From a virus (lineage: Duplodnaviria; Caudoviricetes), in IMG/VR virus record IMGVR_UViG_3300032305_003086, positions 62,599 to 126,598 of that record: a stretch of DNA of 64,000 nt, one strand, 5' to 3'. The position numbers and the translations under genes are program-made. Below the pieces are notes generated by a model. It had not been told where the DNA came from. It searched no databases and was given only the letters and a program-made list of their open reading frames with translations. Shown piece by piece: positions 20,560 through 29,664 of this stretch. Numbering within the stretch: position 1 is the stretch's first letter; every line of letters starts with the position of its first letter.

Positions 20560-20993
20560 TTTACGTCTAATTTTAGATATATGATTTTAGGCGGATTATC
20601 GTAATAAATATTTAGGTAATTGCAAGCCCAAATTTTTTGTCCCGCCTCTGTTTTTATATTTTCAGAAAAAGCATCATATATCCATCCATCAAAAAAATTA
20701 TTTTTAAGTTCAAGTCTAATGTCGCAATCTAAAAATTGTTCTTCTGAAAAGTAAAGATAAAGACCGTCTTTTGAATCTAAATTTTTAGACTTACAACCAA
20801 ATTGTATGGCCTTATCCGCTCCAGCAACTAAAGGAGATAAGGAAAATTCTGTTAGTGTAGCAGGTGCTAAAATATATTTTCCCTTGTCATTTTGAAAATA
20901 CCAATTTCCTTTTTGGTCTTTATTTATAAAAACTTTGTTGATATCGTTGTTTTCTTTTTTTTCTCCAAATATTGTGTGATTTTTATAACTCAT
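20556..20993 (-). CDS. hypothetical protein
   Basis: ORF coupled to the upstream gene; start reassigned to MSYKN. Confidence 0.55.
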   Translation of the reverse strand: MSYKNHTIFGEKKENNDINKVFINKDQKGNWYFQNDKGKYILAPATLTEFSLSPLVAGADKAIQFGCKSKNLDSKDGLYLYFSEEQFLDCDIRLELKNNFFDGWIYDAFSENIKTEAGQKIWACNYLNIYYDNPPKIIYLKLDVN

Positions 20994-21633
20994 CCTTAAA
21001 TTCCTTTTTATAAAATTCTTCAACATCAGGAGTTATTGATGGTCTATATAAATCAAAATTAAAATTTGAAATATTCTTTTTTGCAAAATCAGATAAAACT
21101 ACATAATAAGGAGATATTAATTTATTTGAAACCCATCTTTCAAAATCTTCTTTTTTTATAGAAGATTTATCTTTATTTTTCAAAAATTCTTGAGTCTTTT
21201 TTAATTCAATTTTAATTAATCTTGGACTAGTAACAAGGCCCAAATCAGAAGAGGTTTTTATTTCATTTAATTTTTTATCAAATTTTCTTTTCCATAATTT
21301 CCATCTTTTCCAAGCTTTATCACCAGTAAGTATTTGAGGTTCAATTAGAGCATGGACTTTTTCATGTTTCATTAATTTTAGCATTTGCAATTGAGCGACA
21401 ATATAAATATAATATTCTTTATCACTATCTAGTAAGCCTTTTGTTTCTCTGACTAATTTATAGCAATATTTAAAAAGAGTAGTTTTCCTAGGGTCTTTGC
21501 TTTTACTAATTTTAATATGTCTTTCATTTGGAAATTCTTTTTTACATAAATCTTGCCACATTAAACAGATTTTAAAAGCTTTTGCTTCTAAATCTGTCAT
21601 GTTATACTTCAAAATTAATTCTAGCTCATTCAT
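20983..21633 (-). CDS. hypothetical protein
   Basis: 216-aa ORF divergent from the replication block. Confidence 0.6.
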   Translation of the reverse strand: MNELELILKYNMTDLEAKAFKICLMWQDLCKKEFPNERHIKISKSKDPRKTTLFKYCYKLVRETKGLLDSDKEYYIYIVAQLQMLKLMKHEKVHALIEPQILTGDKAWKRWKLWKRKFDKKLNEIKTSSDLGLVTSPRLIKIELKKTQEFLKNKDKSSIKKEDFERWVSNKLISPYYVVLSDFAKKNISNFNFDLYRPSITPDVEEFYKKEFKDEL

Positions 21634-21638
21634 TGGTG

Positions 21639-21666
21639 TTGACTATTCTATTCGAAACGATAGAAT
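21639..21666 (+). promoter_or_regulatory. sigma70-like promoter for the putative ncRNA
   Basis: TTGACT-16-TAGAAT; inverted repeat ATTCTAT/ATAGAAT spans the spacer and -10. Confidence 0.6.
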
Positions 21667-21744
21667 TAAGCAAACGAAACAACTTTCAAGATACTATTAT
21701 ATTTTAACTTTCTAAAACTTTCTAAACGAGTAATTTTGATCTCC

Positions 21745-22175
21745 GTTGTGTTTTCCTGCACCTTGCACGGGCTAATTTATTAGCATAAAATCTCGAAAGA
21801 GAAAAAGGAACAGGATGCGTTTGGCAAACCATAGGGTTAAAAACTCCCCTAGTGTTTCTAAGCAGTAATTAATGAAAGTTAATTACATACCTTTGACGAG
21901 GTATATCAGGTGCTGTATTACTTTAAACCAAATGAATATTTTCCCGAAAGGGTTTTCCATGTAACCAGACAGTAGTTGATCTGTCATGGGGCGTAGGGTC
22001 ATGGTCAAAACGGAAATAACGTTGAAAAAATATTCAGTATTAAGTTAAAGTGAAGAAACTGAAAAGGTAGAAAAAGATCAAACAAATAGAATTGTCCCTA
22101 GAAGTTCTCTATAAGTGCGGTTCCAATATCTAACTTAAAAAGAATATTTCCTCAGGGATACGCCCCAAGTGCGCC
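21745..22175 (+). ncRNA. candidate large structured non-coding RNA (family not recognised)
   Basis: Largest ORF-free gap in the window; three GAAA-tetraloop hairpins on the + strand, several other hairpins and nested long-range helices (21987-21995/22159-22167, 22028-22035/22142-22149, 22040-22047/22131-22138). Confidence 0.65.
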
Positions 22176-22198
22176 AATAACGTTAATATTAATTAATC

Positions 22199-22480
22199 AT
22201 GAAAGAACATAGAAGAAACCTAAAAAGATTAGCTAAAAGATTTTCTATTTCGATTGATGAAGCAATTCAAAAATTTTATAATACACAAACAACAAATAAA
22301 AATATTATTTATTCTATAAAGAAAAAAAGAAATAAGGGAATTAATTCTGGTTTGGTCAAAAATAAATTAAATAAAGAAGAACTAGAAAAACTCAAAGAAA
22401 AGAAATTAAAATTTATTAGAGATTCGAAGAGAGAATCCAGATTGAAAAATATTGTAAAGCCGAAGACAAAAGTAGATTAA
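22199..22480 (+). CDS. small very basic protein
   Basis: 93 aa, Lys/Arg-rich, between the structured region and the PolA-like gene. Confidence 0.5.
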   Translation: MKEHRRNLKRLAKRFSISIDEAIQKFYNTQTTNKNIIYSIKKKRNKGINSGLVKNKLNKEELEKLKEKKLKFIRDSKRESRLKNIVKPKTKVD

Positions 22481-22501
22481 TGTGAGAGTTAAGATTATAA
22501 T
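22473..22501 (+). promoter_or_regulatory. sigma70-like promoter, likely leaderless transcript
   Basis: TAGATT-17-TATAAT, ATG 6 nt downstream. Confidence 0.55.
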
Positions 22502-22507
22502 GCCCGA

Positions 22508-23806
22508 ATGTCAGAAATTGCTGAAATATTAGATTCGATACAGAACTCTGACGTATTTTTTCATTTTGAATCTGATTTTGTAGATTGGACTGACGATTCT
22601 TCTGTAGATTTCGCTATTCAATCCAAAGGCCAGAAATCAATAATTTCATTATGTGAGCCAAAACATATTGAAAGTTTGGCAGCAAGTTTATATTTTTATA
22701 CAAAAAATTCCAATTTGCTTACTTGGAATCTAAAAAATATCTTATCTTTTTTTAGAAAAAAATCGCAGATCAATGTAAATTTTAGCAATAAAGTTTACGA
22801 CTTGAGTGTTCTTTGTTCTTACTTTTCTTTGCCCAAAAAGAAACCTACGACTTCCAAGGAAGCCTTTTTTCTTTTTAATCACATTCGTAAGACTGATAGT
22901 TGGAAGTCTTTTGAAAAGTTTTATGATAAAGTCTATTACCCACTAATATCAAATGTAATTCCTAGCATAGAAACTAATCCATTAGTTGATTTGGCCGAGA
23001 AGAAATTTGTTTATTCTTATTACGAGATTGAAGGACAATCTAATGGTAGAATGAAGAATTTAAAAGTATTAAAAGACTGTTATCTTCCTCATTCAATGGG
23101 AGAAAAGCAAAAGAATATTTTAAGACTGCCAAGTGATGATAGTGTTTTTATGTATTATGATTTCAAACACATGGAAGTTAGTGTTTTAGAATGGATAACT
23201 AAAGATGCAAATTTATCTAAAATACTTGATTCAAATGTAGATTTATATAGGTCTATCTGGCAATCACTAACAAAATCTGAGGCCACTAAAGAGCAAAGAA
23301 AAATTTGTAAAAACATATTTTTGCCTGTTATTTTCGGTCAAGGTTCAAATTCTTTATCTAAGAGGTTGGGTATAAATGAAAAATTTGCTGAGAAACTAAT
23401 ATATAAATTAGAACAAACCTTTCCTGTTGCTTTTGATTGGGTAAAATCCCAAACAGTCGATAGCAACAATTACGCGACGGACATATTCGGTAGAAGAAGA
23501 AAATTCCAAAAAGAAGAGTTGTATAAAATTAGAAATTTTTGTATACAATCTCCATCAAATATGATTTGTTTAAGAAAACTTGTAAAACTACATGAATCCA
23601 TAAACAATAAAGCAAAAATATTTTTTCATATACACGATGGCTATGCTATTGCTTGTAAAAGAAAAGATTTAAAATTGGTATTTGAACTTGGAAAAAAAGC
23701 TTTAGAAGAAGATGACGATCTGTTTCCAAATCTTAAGCTAAAGACTTCTTGTCATTTCGGTGAACATTTGAATAATTTAAAAAATATTAAAGAGGTTATA
23801 AAATGA
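22508..23806 (+). CDS. short family A DNA polymerase-like protein
   Basis: Motif A (YDFKHMEV), motif B (RKICKNIFLPVIFG), FGRRR, NFCIQS, motif C (IHDG). Confidence 0.8.
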   Translation: MSEIAEILDSIQNSDVFFHFESDFVDWTDDSSVDFAIQSKGQKSIISLCEPKHIESLAASLYFYTKNSNLLTWNLKNILSFFRKKSQINVNFSNKVYDLSVLCSYFSLPKKKPTTSKEAFFLFNHIRKTDSWKSFEKFYDKVYYPLISNVIPSIETNPLVDLAEKKFVYSYYEIEGQSNGRMKNLKVLKDCYLPHSMGEKQKNILRLPSDDSVFMYYDFKHMEVSVLEWITKDANLSKILDSNVDLYRSIWQSLTKSEATKEQRKICKNIFLPVIFGQGSNSLSKRLGINEKFAEKLIYKLEQTFPVAFDWVKSQTVDSNNYATDIFGRRRKFQKEELYKIRNFCIQSPSNMICLRKLVKLHESINNKAKIFFHIHDGYAIACKRKDLKLVFELGKKALEEDDDLFPNLKLKTSCHFGEHLNNLKNIKEVIK

Positions 23807-24369
23807 AAGCTATACAGAACTCGTTTCCAGTTACAGAAGAAGAGTATCTTATTTTAGATAGTAAATTTGGCGAATTGTGTGAGTATCAAGCCTGGCAATT
23901 ATTGAAAAAAAATACAAGGAATAATCATACTGATAGTCAAGAAGATATAGCTCAAGATATGAGAATGGCTTTGCTTAGAGCCGCATCTTATTATAAAAGA
24001 CAATGCTATATCGAAAATGCTTTAGAACTTTGTAGAAAATATGCTAAAGATGAATTTATAAAATCCGTAGTTAAACAGTTATCTAATTTATGGAAAAACA
24101 AAACTCGTCATGGAGCTAATCGTCAAAAATTTGGGCTGTATCAAGAAAAAATGCTGGACAAACTCATTAAATGTTTAGTTCCTATAAAAGAAAGACCTCA
24201 TAAAAAAGCTTCTTTGGTCATGGATACTAAATTTATAACTTATTGTAAAGCTATAACTTGGAATGCTCAAAAAAGCCTTGGCAAGAGAATAACAAGAGAA
24301 AAATCGATTAGAACAGGAATGGTCTCAATATCAGAATTTGATTATCTAGGCGGTCAAAAAGAACAATGA
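23803..24369 (+). CDS. sigma-factor region-2-like protein
   Basis: EDIAQDMRMALLRAA...KFITYCKAITWN resembles sigma70 regions 2.2-2.4 with an insertion; no region 4. Confidence 0.45.
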   Translation: MKAIQNSFPVTEEEYLILDSKFGELCEYQAWQLLKKNTRNNHTDSQEDIAQDMRMALLRAASYYKRQCYIENALELCRKYAKDEFIKSVVKQLSNLWKNKTRHGANRQKFGLYQEKMLDKLIKCLVPIKERPHKKASLVMDTKFITYCKAITWNAQKSLGKRITREKSIRTGMVSISEFDYLGGQKEQ

Positions 24370-24530
24370 AAATAGATCAAAATTGCTACTTGATTGCTTA
24401 TGAAAAAGACAATGATCTTACAATAGGTTCTGCCTACATTGGAGAAACAATAGTTTCTTTAGAGCTTTGTTATAATCAAAATGAAAAATATATAAAAATT
24501 ACAACACATCCAATTGATTATGATATTTAA
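24366..24530 (+). CDS. small hypothetical protein (54 aa)
   Basis: ATGA overlap with the preceding stop; fills the gap. Confidence 0.4.
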   Translation: MKIDQNCYLIAYEKDNDLTIGSAYIGETIVSLELCYNQNEKYIKITTHPIDYDI

Positions 24531-24805
24531 TCCCAAAATTCATTTCCTGTTTCATCAAAATAATGAAGAACCCATCCTTTGGTAGATGGATATTTTCTGT
24601 CAATTTTAATTTTTCCATCATGTATTTTTCTATGGCAACAAGAACAACATGTCACTGTATTGCTAGAGGTGTATTCTCCTCCTTCGCAACCTGGAATTAT
24701 TCTATGTACGTCTAACGTACAATATTCTTTATTATCACAAAAGAAACATTTTTTGTCTGTTTTTTTCTTATGGACTTTATTGATTAATTTCTTTTTTCTT
24801 CCCAT
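24527..24805 (-). CDS. HNH endonuclease
   Basis: CFFC...DVHRIIPG..GGEY..SNTVTCCSCCHRKIH. Confidence 0.8.
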   Translation of the reverse strand: MGRKKKLINKVHKKKTDKKCFFCDNKEYCTLDVHRIIPGCEGGEYTSSNTVTCCSCCHRKIHDGKIKIDRKYPSTKGWVLHYFDETGNEFWD

Positions 24806-24823
24806 GAGCTAGTTTTTCTAATA

Positions 24824-24851
24824 TTGACATTGCAATTGCATCTTATAAAAT
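24824..24851 (+). promoter_or_regulatory. sigma70-like promoter
   Basis: TTGACA-16-TAAAAT; palindrome TGCAATTGCA in the spacer. Confidence 0.6.
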
Positions 24852-24878
24852 ATAGCGTCAACAACTAGGAAATAAATT

Positions 24879-25916
24879 ATGAGAATAGAAAACGAAATCA
24901 AGCTAGACTTTTCAGATGTTTTAATTCGTCCGAAAAGATCAGAATCTCCTAGCCGTAAAAATGTTGATTTGAATAGAAAATTTAAATTTTTAAATTCTAA
25001 AGCAACTTGGGAGGGAGTTCCTATATTTGCTGCAAACATGAGCACTACTGGCACATTTGCGATGTTCAATGCTTTTGCAAAGCACAGCATGAACGTTTGC
25101 TTGCATAAATATTACACAGTAAATCAATTGGTTGATTTCTTTAGAAGTAATCAAGCTTTCTATACTCTAGGAATTAAAGAAGAAGAATTTGAAAAATTAA
25201 ATAGTTTTGTGAAAGCTTTTGGTTCTGCTCCAAAATATATTTGTCTCGATGTTGCGAATGGTTATACTAAATTTTTTGAAGAAAAATGTAAAATAATAAG
25301 AGAAAAATTTAAAGATTCCGTTTTAATGGCTGGTAATATTTGCACTCCTGAAATGGTTCAAGAATTATTATTAAATGGTGGAGTTGATATAGTCAAAGTT
25401 GGGATCGGAGGAGGCAGTGCATGTACAACCAGAATTGTAACTGGAGTTGGGTATCCTCAACTAAGTTGCATCGCAGAGTGTGCGGATGCGGCTCACGGCT
25501 TGCGTGGTCACATAGTTGCTGATGGAGGATGCACATCTTCTGGAGACATAGCCAAAGCATTTGGTGCTGGGGCTGATTTTGTCATGCTTGGTGGCCTCCT
25601 AAGCGGCCATGACGAATGCGAGGGTGATTGGCATTATGACGACGATGGCAACAAGCAATATTTGAATTTTTATGGAATGAGTAGCAAAGAGGCCATGGAT
25701 AAATTTAATGGCGGACAATGCAACTATAGAGCCTCAGAGGGCAGATCCGTAAAGGTGCCTTATAAAGGCAAGGTTGATGATACTATTATAGAAATACTAG
25801 GGGGAATTCGAAGTGCTTGCACATATGTTGGCACTGAGATGTTGAAAGATTTTAGCAAATGTTGTACATTTGTAAGAGTAAACAACACGCACAACAGAAT
25901 TTTTGAGAAAAATTAA
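24879..25916 (+). CDS. guaC: GMP reductase
   Basis: KLDFSDVLIRPKRS, LDVANGY, KVGIGGGSACTTR, YRASEG; lacks CBS domains. Confidence 0.93.
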   Translation: MRIENEIKLDFSDVLIRPKRSESPSRKNVDLNRKFKFLNSKATWEGVPIFAANMSTTGTFAMFNAFAKHSMNVCLHKYYTVNQLVDFFRSNQAFYTLGIKEEEFEKLNSFVKAFGSAPKYICLDVANGYTKFFEEKCKIIREKFKDSVLMAGNICTPEMVQELLLNGGVDIVKVGIGGGSACTTRIVTGVGYPQLSCIAECADAAHGLRGHIVADGGCTSSGDIAKAFGAGADFVMLGGLLSGHDECEGDWHYDDDGNKQYLNFYGMSSKEAMDKFNGGQCNYRASEGRSVKVPYKGKVDDTIIEILGGIRSACTYVGTEMLKDFSKCCTFVRVNNTHNRIFEKN

Positions 25917-27587
25917 ATGCCAGATCAAGATTTTGATTTTGATGACGGAGAATTGACCGAAGAAGAAACATTTAAATTAAGTAGAAATACAAATCCTGAC
26001 GATGATCAAACCATAAAATATAATTGGACAGAAGAATTTCAAAGAAATATAATAGCTTTATTACTTAATGATCGTTGGTTCACTGTTCAGTGTAGAGATT
26101 TGATAAATCCTAATTATTTTGTAGAGGAAGTTCATCAGCTACTCTGTAGAAATTTATTTTCCCATCTTGATAAGTGGAATATTTTACCACAGAAGTCTTT
26201 TGTTATAGAAGAAGTTCAGAGTTCAGTCGGCAACAAAGATGTAGAAATTAAGCAAAGATATATTTCTGAAACTGAAGCTCTTTACGCAAAATACGTTCCT
26301 AATTTAGAGTCTAGGGAATATCTTTTAGAGAAAATTCTTAATTTTGCTAAATTGATGAGTTTGAAAAATGCGTTTGATACCTCTCTTCAATTGATGAAAA
26401 AAGACCCGGAAGAAGAATCCACTTGGGTCAAAATTCAGTCAGCTTTAAAAGAAGCTTTGCTTGTTGATAGAAATTTCAACGAAGGATTGAACTATTTTGA
26501 AACATTTGAAGAGAGATTTCAAAGAATTACTAAAGATGAAGAGGCTCAAGAAAGATTCACAAGTGGATTTAAGAGTATTGATGACGCTTTATTGGGCGGC
26601 GGTCCTCATAGAGGTGAGATTTATTCTTGGATTGGTTTGAGTGGAACCGGAAAAAGCTTGGCTCTGGTTAGCGCTTCACTAAGAAATGTTCAACTGGGCA
26701 AAAAAGTTCTATATGTTTCTCTTGAAATGGACGAAGACAAAATTGCAGAACGATTTGACGCTCAAATAGCAAATATAAATATAAATGAAATTAAAGATAA
26801 GTCTGACGTGGTTATGAACGCTTTGTCTGAAAAAGTTCAAGATAAAGAAGATAAAAGACTTTTGGTCATTAAGCAGTTCCCGGCGGGCAGTATGACGGTC
26901 AATACTTTGCGAGCATACATGCAGCAACTCTATATGATAGGGTTCACGCCAGATTTAGTAATTATTGATTACATCGGAGAAATGAAAGATTTTCCTGGGA
27001 TGCCAACTTGGGAATCTAGATATAGAATTGTTAGAGATTTAAGAGGTTTGGCAACAGAAGAAGATATTTGCATATTTACGGCCATGCAGCCTAATAAAAG
27101 TGCAAGAGATGCCCAGAATAAAGAAGGCCTAGGACCCGGTGTTATTGACGACACCAATTTGGCAGATAGTTATGGTCAAATTAGACCTTTGGATGGTTGC
27201 TGGTCAATTAATCAAATGCATCAAGAAAAAGAAGCCGGAGTAGCCAGAATATTTGTAATTAAGCACAGGCATGGTAAAAGTAGGTTTACTTTTCATGTTG
27301 AATATGATGCTAAACTTAATGATAAAGATGATAAGCACGTAGGCACTTTGGCTATGAATGAAATCTCTGCCGCTGAATACGACAGGATTTGGAAGATACA
27401 CCAGATGAATACTGTGACCAAAGTTTCTGACGAAAATAGCCAAGAGAAAAAAGTTTGGAATAAAATGAAGGGCAAGGACAAGAATAAGAATAAGTTTTCA
27501 AACGATGCTGGTTATAATAATCAAGACTTAGATGAATCAGATAACTTAGATCAACCTGACAATTTACAAGGAGAAAATCATGAGTGA
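25917..27587 (+). CDS. replicative DnaB-like helicase
   Basis: GLSGTGKS Walker A, YVSLEM, IIDY, TAMQ, KHRHG. Confidence 0.88.
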   Translation: MPDQDFDFDDGELTEEETFKLSRNTNPDDDQTIKYNWTEEFQRNIIALLLNDRWFTVQCRDLINPNYFVEEVHQLLCRNLFSHLDKWNILPQKSFVIEEVQSSVGNKDVEIKQRYISETEALYAKYVPNLESREYLLEKILNFAKLMSLKNAFDTSLQLMKKDPEEESTWVKIQSALKEALLVDRNFNEGLNYFETFEERFQRITKDEEAQERFTSGFKSIDDALLGGGPHRGEIYSWIGLSGTGKSLALVSASLRNVQLGKKVLYVSLEMDEDKIAERFDAQIANININEIKDKSDVVMNALSEKVQDKEDKRLLVIKQFPAGSMTVNTLRAYMQQLYMIGFTPDLVIIDYIGEMKDFPGMPTWESRYRIVRDLRGLATEEDICIFTAMQPNKSARDAQNKEGLGPGVIDDTNLADSYGQIRPLDGCWSINQMHQEKEAGVARIFVIKHRHGKSRFTFHVEYDAKLNDKDDKHVGTLAMNEISAAEYDRIWKIHQMNTVTKVSDENSQEKKVWNKMKGKDKNKNKFSNDAGYNNQDLDESDNLDQPDNLQGENHE

Positions 27588-28086
27588 ATTAGATTATTTT
27601 AAAGAAGCTCCAATAGCGAAATCTACAATTAAAATTGGAGATCAAGAAATCGTATTGGACAATACAAGATTAGCATTTAATGAAATTACCTTAAATTCTT
27701 TTATGGAGAATTTAGGTCTTTGGTATGATTATTTTTCACAAAAGCTAGCAGAAGCAGAGGCTTTATTAGCCTACAAAGAATACGAACATGAGCTTGCTTT
27801 TTCCTCAGCTTACGAGAAATTTAAGGAAGAAGGATGCACAGATAAATTAGCTGAAGCAAACGCCAGAAAACAATCAGATGTTTCTGATTATAAAAAAGAT
27901 ACTATTTCGGCTAAACATAAGGTCATTTTATTAAAGCAGCACTTAAGATCTTGGGATAAGGCTCATGAAAACGCCCAAAGTAGAGGTCATATGATTAGAA
28001 AAGAAATGGATAAATTAAGTTCTGATATTGTGATGAAGAGAGAAATGACCGACGAAGTTGAAAGCATAGTTAGAAAAAGTAGGTGA
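27580..28086 (+). CDS. UvsY-like recombination mediator
   Basis: Helical coiled coil (TDKLAEA) next to the helicase, in a recombination module. Confidence 0.5.
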   Translation: MSELDYFKEAPIAKSTIKIGDQEIVLDNTRLAFNEITLNSFMENLGLWYDYFSQKLAEAEALLAYKEYEHELAFSSAYEKFKEEGCTDKLAEANARKQSDVSDYKKDTISAKHKVILLKQHLRSWDKAHENAQSRGHMIRKEMDKLSSDIVMKREMTDEVESIVRKSR

Positions 28087-28841
28087 TTATGTTTTGGAAA
28101 AAACATTTAATTTTTATATTTAAATTTGATTGTAATTATGATAATTGGATTACTTATGATAATCCCAATTATGATATTGTTCTTGTAGATGCCCAATCTA
28201 AAAATAGATGGGAAAACATAGCTTTATTATATGATAAATATAGATTTAAGACATATTTTTATAAAACAATATCTTTCATAGATTCTGATATTAAAATATC
28301 ACAACAAAAAATTAGTGATTATTTTAATATTTTTTTAAAATATAATTTGAATTTCGCTTCTCCTTCTTACAATGATCACGAATTTTTTTCGCATAAAAAA
28401 TGTTTTTTAAGATATGTGAACTGTTTGCCAAGAAAGTTTTTGACATTCAATAAGTCTTCTCTTAAGAAAGCTAGAAATTATTTTTTAATAAATAAATCTG
28501 GCTCTGGTATTGAATGGGTCTTGCCAAAAATATTTGATTATAAGGGCGTTTCAATAATTGACGAAATAAATGTTGATAATAAATACAAAGAAAAAAAACA
28601 GAAGGTAGTTATAAAAGATTTAGTTTCAATTTATAATAAGTTTAATTTAGAAAGCCTGTATAATATTGAGTTTTCTAGAATAGAACATGATGAAGAAAAA
28701 TGTTGGCATTGTTATCTTGATTTGTCTACAATTGAAAAAGCAAAATTTAGTCGTCCAAGTAGAAGATCCAACAATTGTTGCAAAGCAGGCTCTTCTTTGA
28801 GTAACAGGCTTATGAACTCCACTTCAGAGAACATGAGATGA
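28083..28841 (+). CDS. glycosyltransferase-like protein (DUF707-like)
   Basis: FIDSDI, FASPS, SGSGIEWV, IIDEI. Confidence 0.45.
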   Translation: MIMFWKKHLIFIFKFDCNYDNWITYDNPNYDIVLVDAQSKNRWENIALLYDKYRFKTYFYKTISFIDSDIKISQQKISDYFNIFLKYNLNFASPSYNDHEFFSHKKCFLRYVNCLPRKFLTFNKSSLKKARNYFLINKSGSGIEWVLPKIFDYKGVSIIDEINVDNKYKEKKQKVVIKDLVSIYNKFNLESLYNIEFSRIEHDEEKCWHCYLDLSTIEKAKFSRPSRRSNNCCKAGSSLSNRLMNSTSENMR

Positions 28842-29416
28842 TCGACCCAGTTAATATAACCAAATTCGATAATACAAAAGAGCAACTAGAAGAAGTTTTG
28901 CTTTTTTGGGTTTTGGCCGCTGGTAAAAATGCCATCACAGCAAGCAGATGCTTAGAGAATTTTTTAATTTTTATTCATAATAAATTTTCTATTAAACATT
29001 TTCAACCATTCGATTGTATTAAGAAAATACAAAAAGAAGATCTTCCTATTTTGATGAAAAATTATGGAATTGGTTGTTACAATAATAAAGCAAAAACATT
29101 TTGGCAATTAGCTAATTCTAATTTAGATTTAAGAAAATGTTTGGCTGATGATTTAGAAAAAATTCATGGAATTGGAATGAAAACTAGTAGGTGTTTTATA
29201 ATTCATAGTCGAAAAGATGCTAATTGCGCCGGTCTTGATGTTCATATATTGCATTTTCTAAGAGACAAAGGTTATAATGTTCCAAAACAAACGCCAATTA
29301 AGAAAAGTTATTTAGAAATAGAGAAATTATTTCTGAATATAGTGAAACAGTCAGGACTATCAGTTGCCGAATATGATCTGATGATTTGGAGAGAATACAG
29401 TGGAAGGTCAAAATGA
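28838..29416 (+). CDS. HhH-GPD DNA glycosylase (8-oxoG glycosylase-like)
   Basis: HhH IHGIGMKTS with catalytic Lys; LDVHI with catalytic Asp; YLEIE; DLMIW. Confidence 0.8.
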   Translation: MIDPVNITKFDNTKEQLEEVLLFWVLAAGKNAITASRCLENFLIFIHNKFSIKHFQPFDCIKKIQKEDLPILMKNYGIGCYNNKAKTFWQLANSNLDLRKCLADDLEKIHGIGMKTSRCFIIHSRKDANCAGLDVHILHFLRDKGYNVPKQTPIKKSYLEIEKLFLNIVKQSGLSVAEYDLMIWREYSGRSK

Positions 29417-29664
29417 GATATAATACAATAATAGAAATTGTAAAAAACCACAATTCTGAAGCTGTTATTATCGATGGATTCGACCAGGCGATTATAGGAT
29501 ACACTCAAAGCAATCCTTCTTTTTGTATTGTATATGATATCGAAAAATGCATATCAATATTAGTTGAATTTGGCATGTCTTTAGAAGATGCCGTTGAATA
29601 TTTCGACTCGAATTTTTTAGGGGCCTATATTGGTGAAAATAATCCAATATTTGTTTCTTTATGA
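29413..29664 (+). CDS. conserved phage hypothetical protein
   Basis: DGFDQAIIG...EDAVEYFDSN..GAYIGENNPIF. Confidence 0.6.
   Translation: MRYNTIIEIVKNHNSEAVIIDGFDQAIIGYTQSNPSFCIVYDIEKCISILVEFGMSLEDAVEYFDSNFLGAYIGENNPIFVSL

Noticed and set aside
21987-22170. tmRNA, tRNA-like or RNase P identity for the structured region
   Set aside because: GGGGCGTA/TACGCCCC looks like an acceptor stem, but there is no T-arm (GTTCRA), no CCA end and no RNase P P4 motif (GAGGAAAGTCC).
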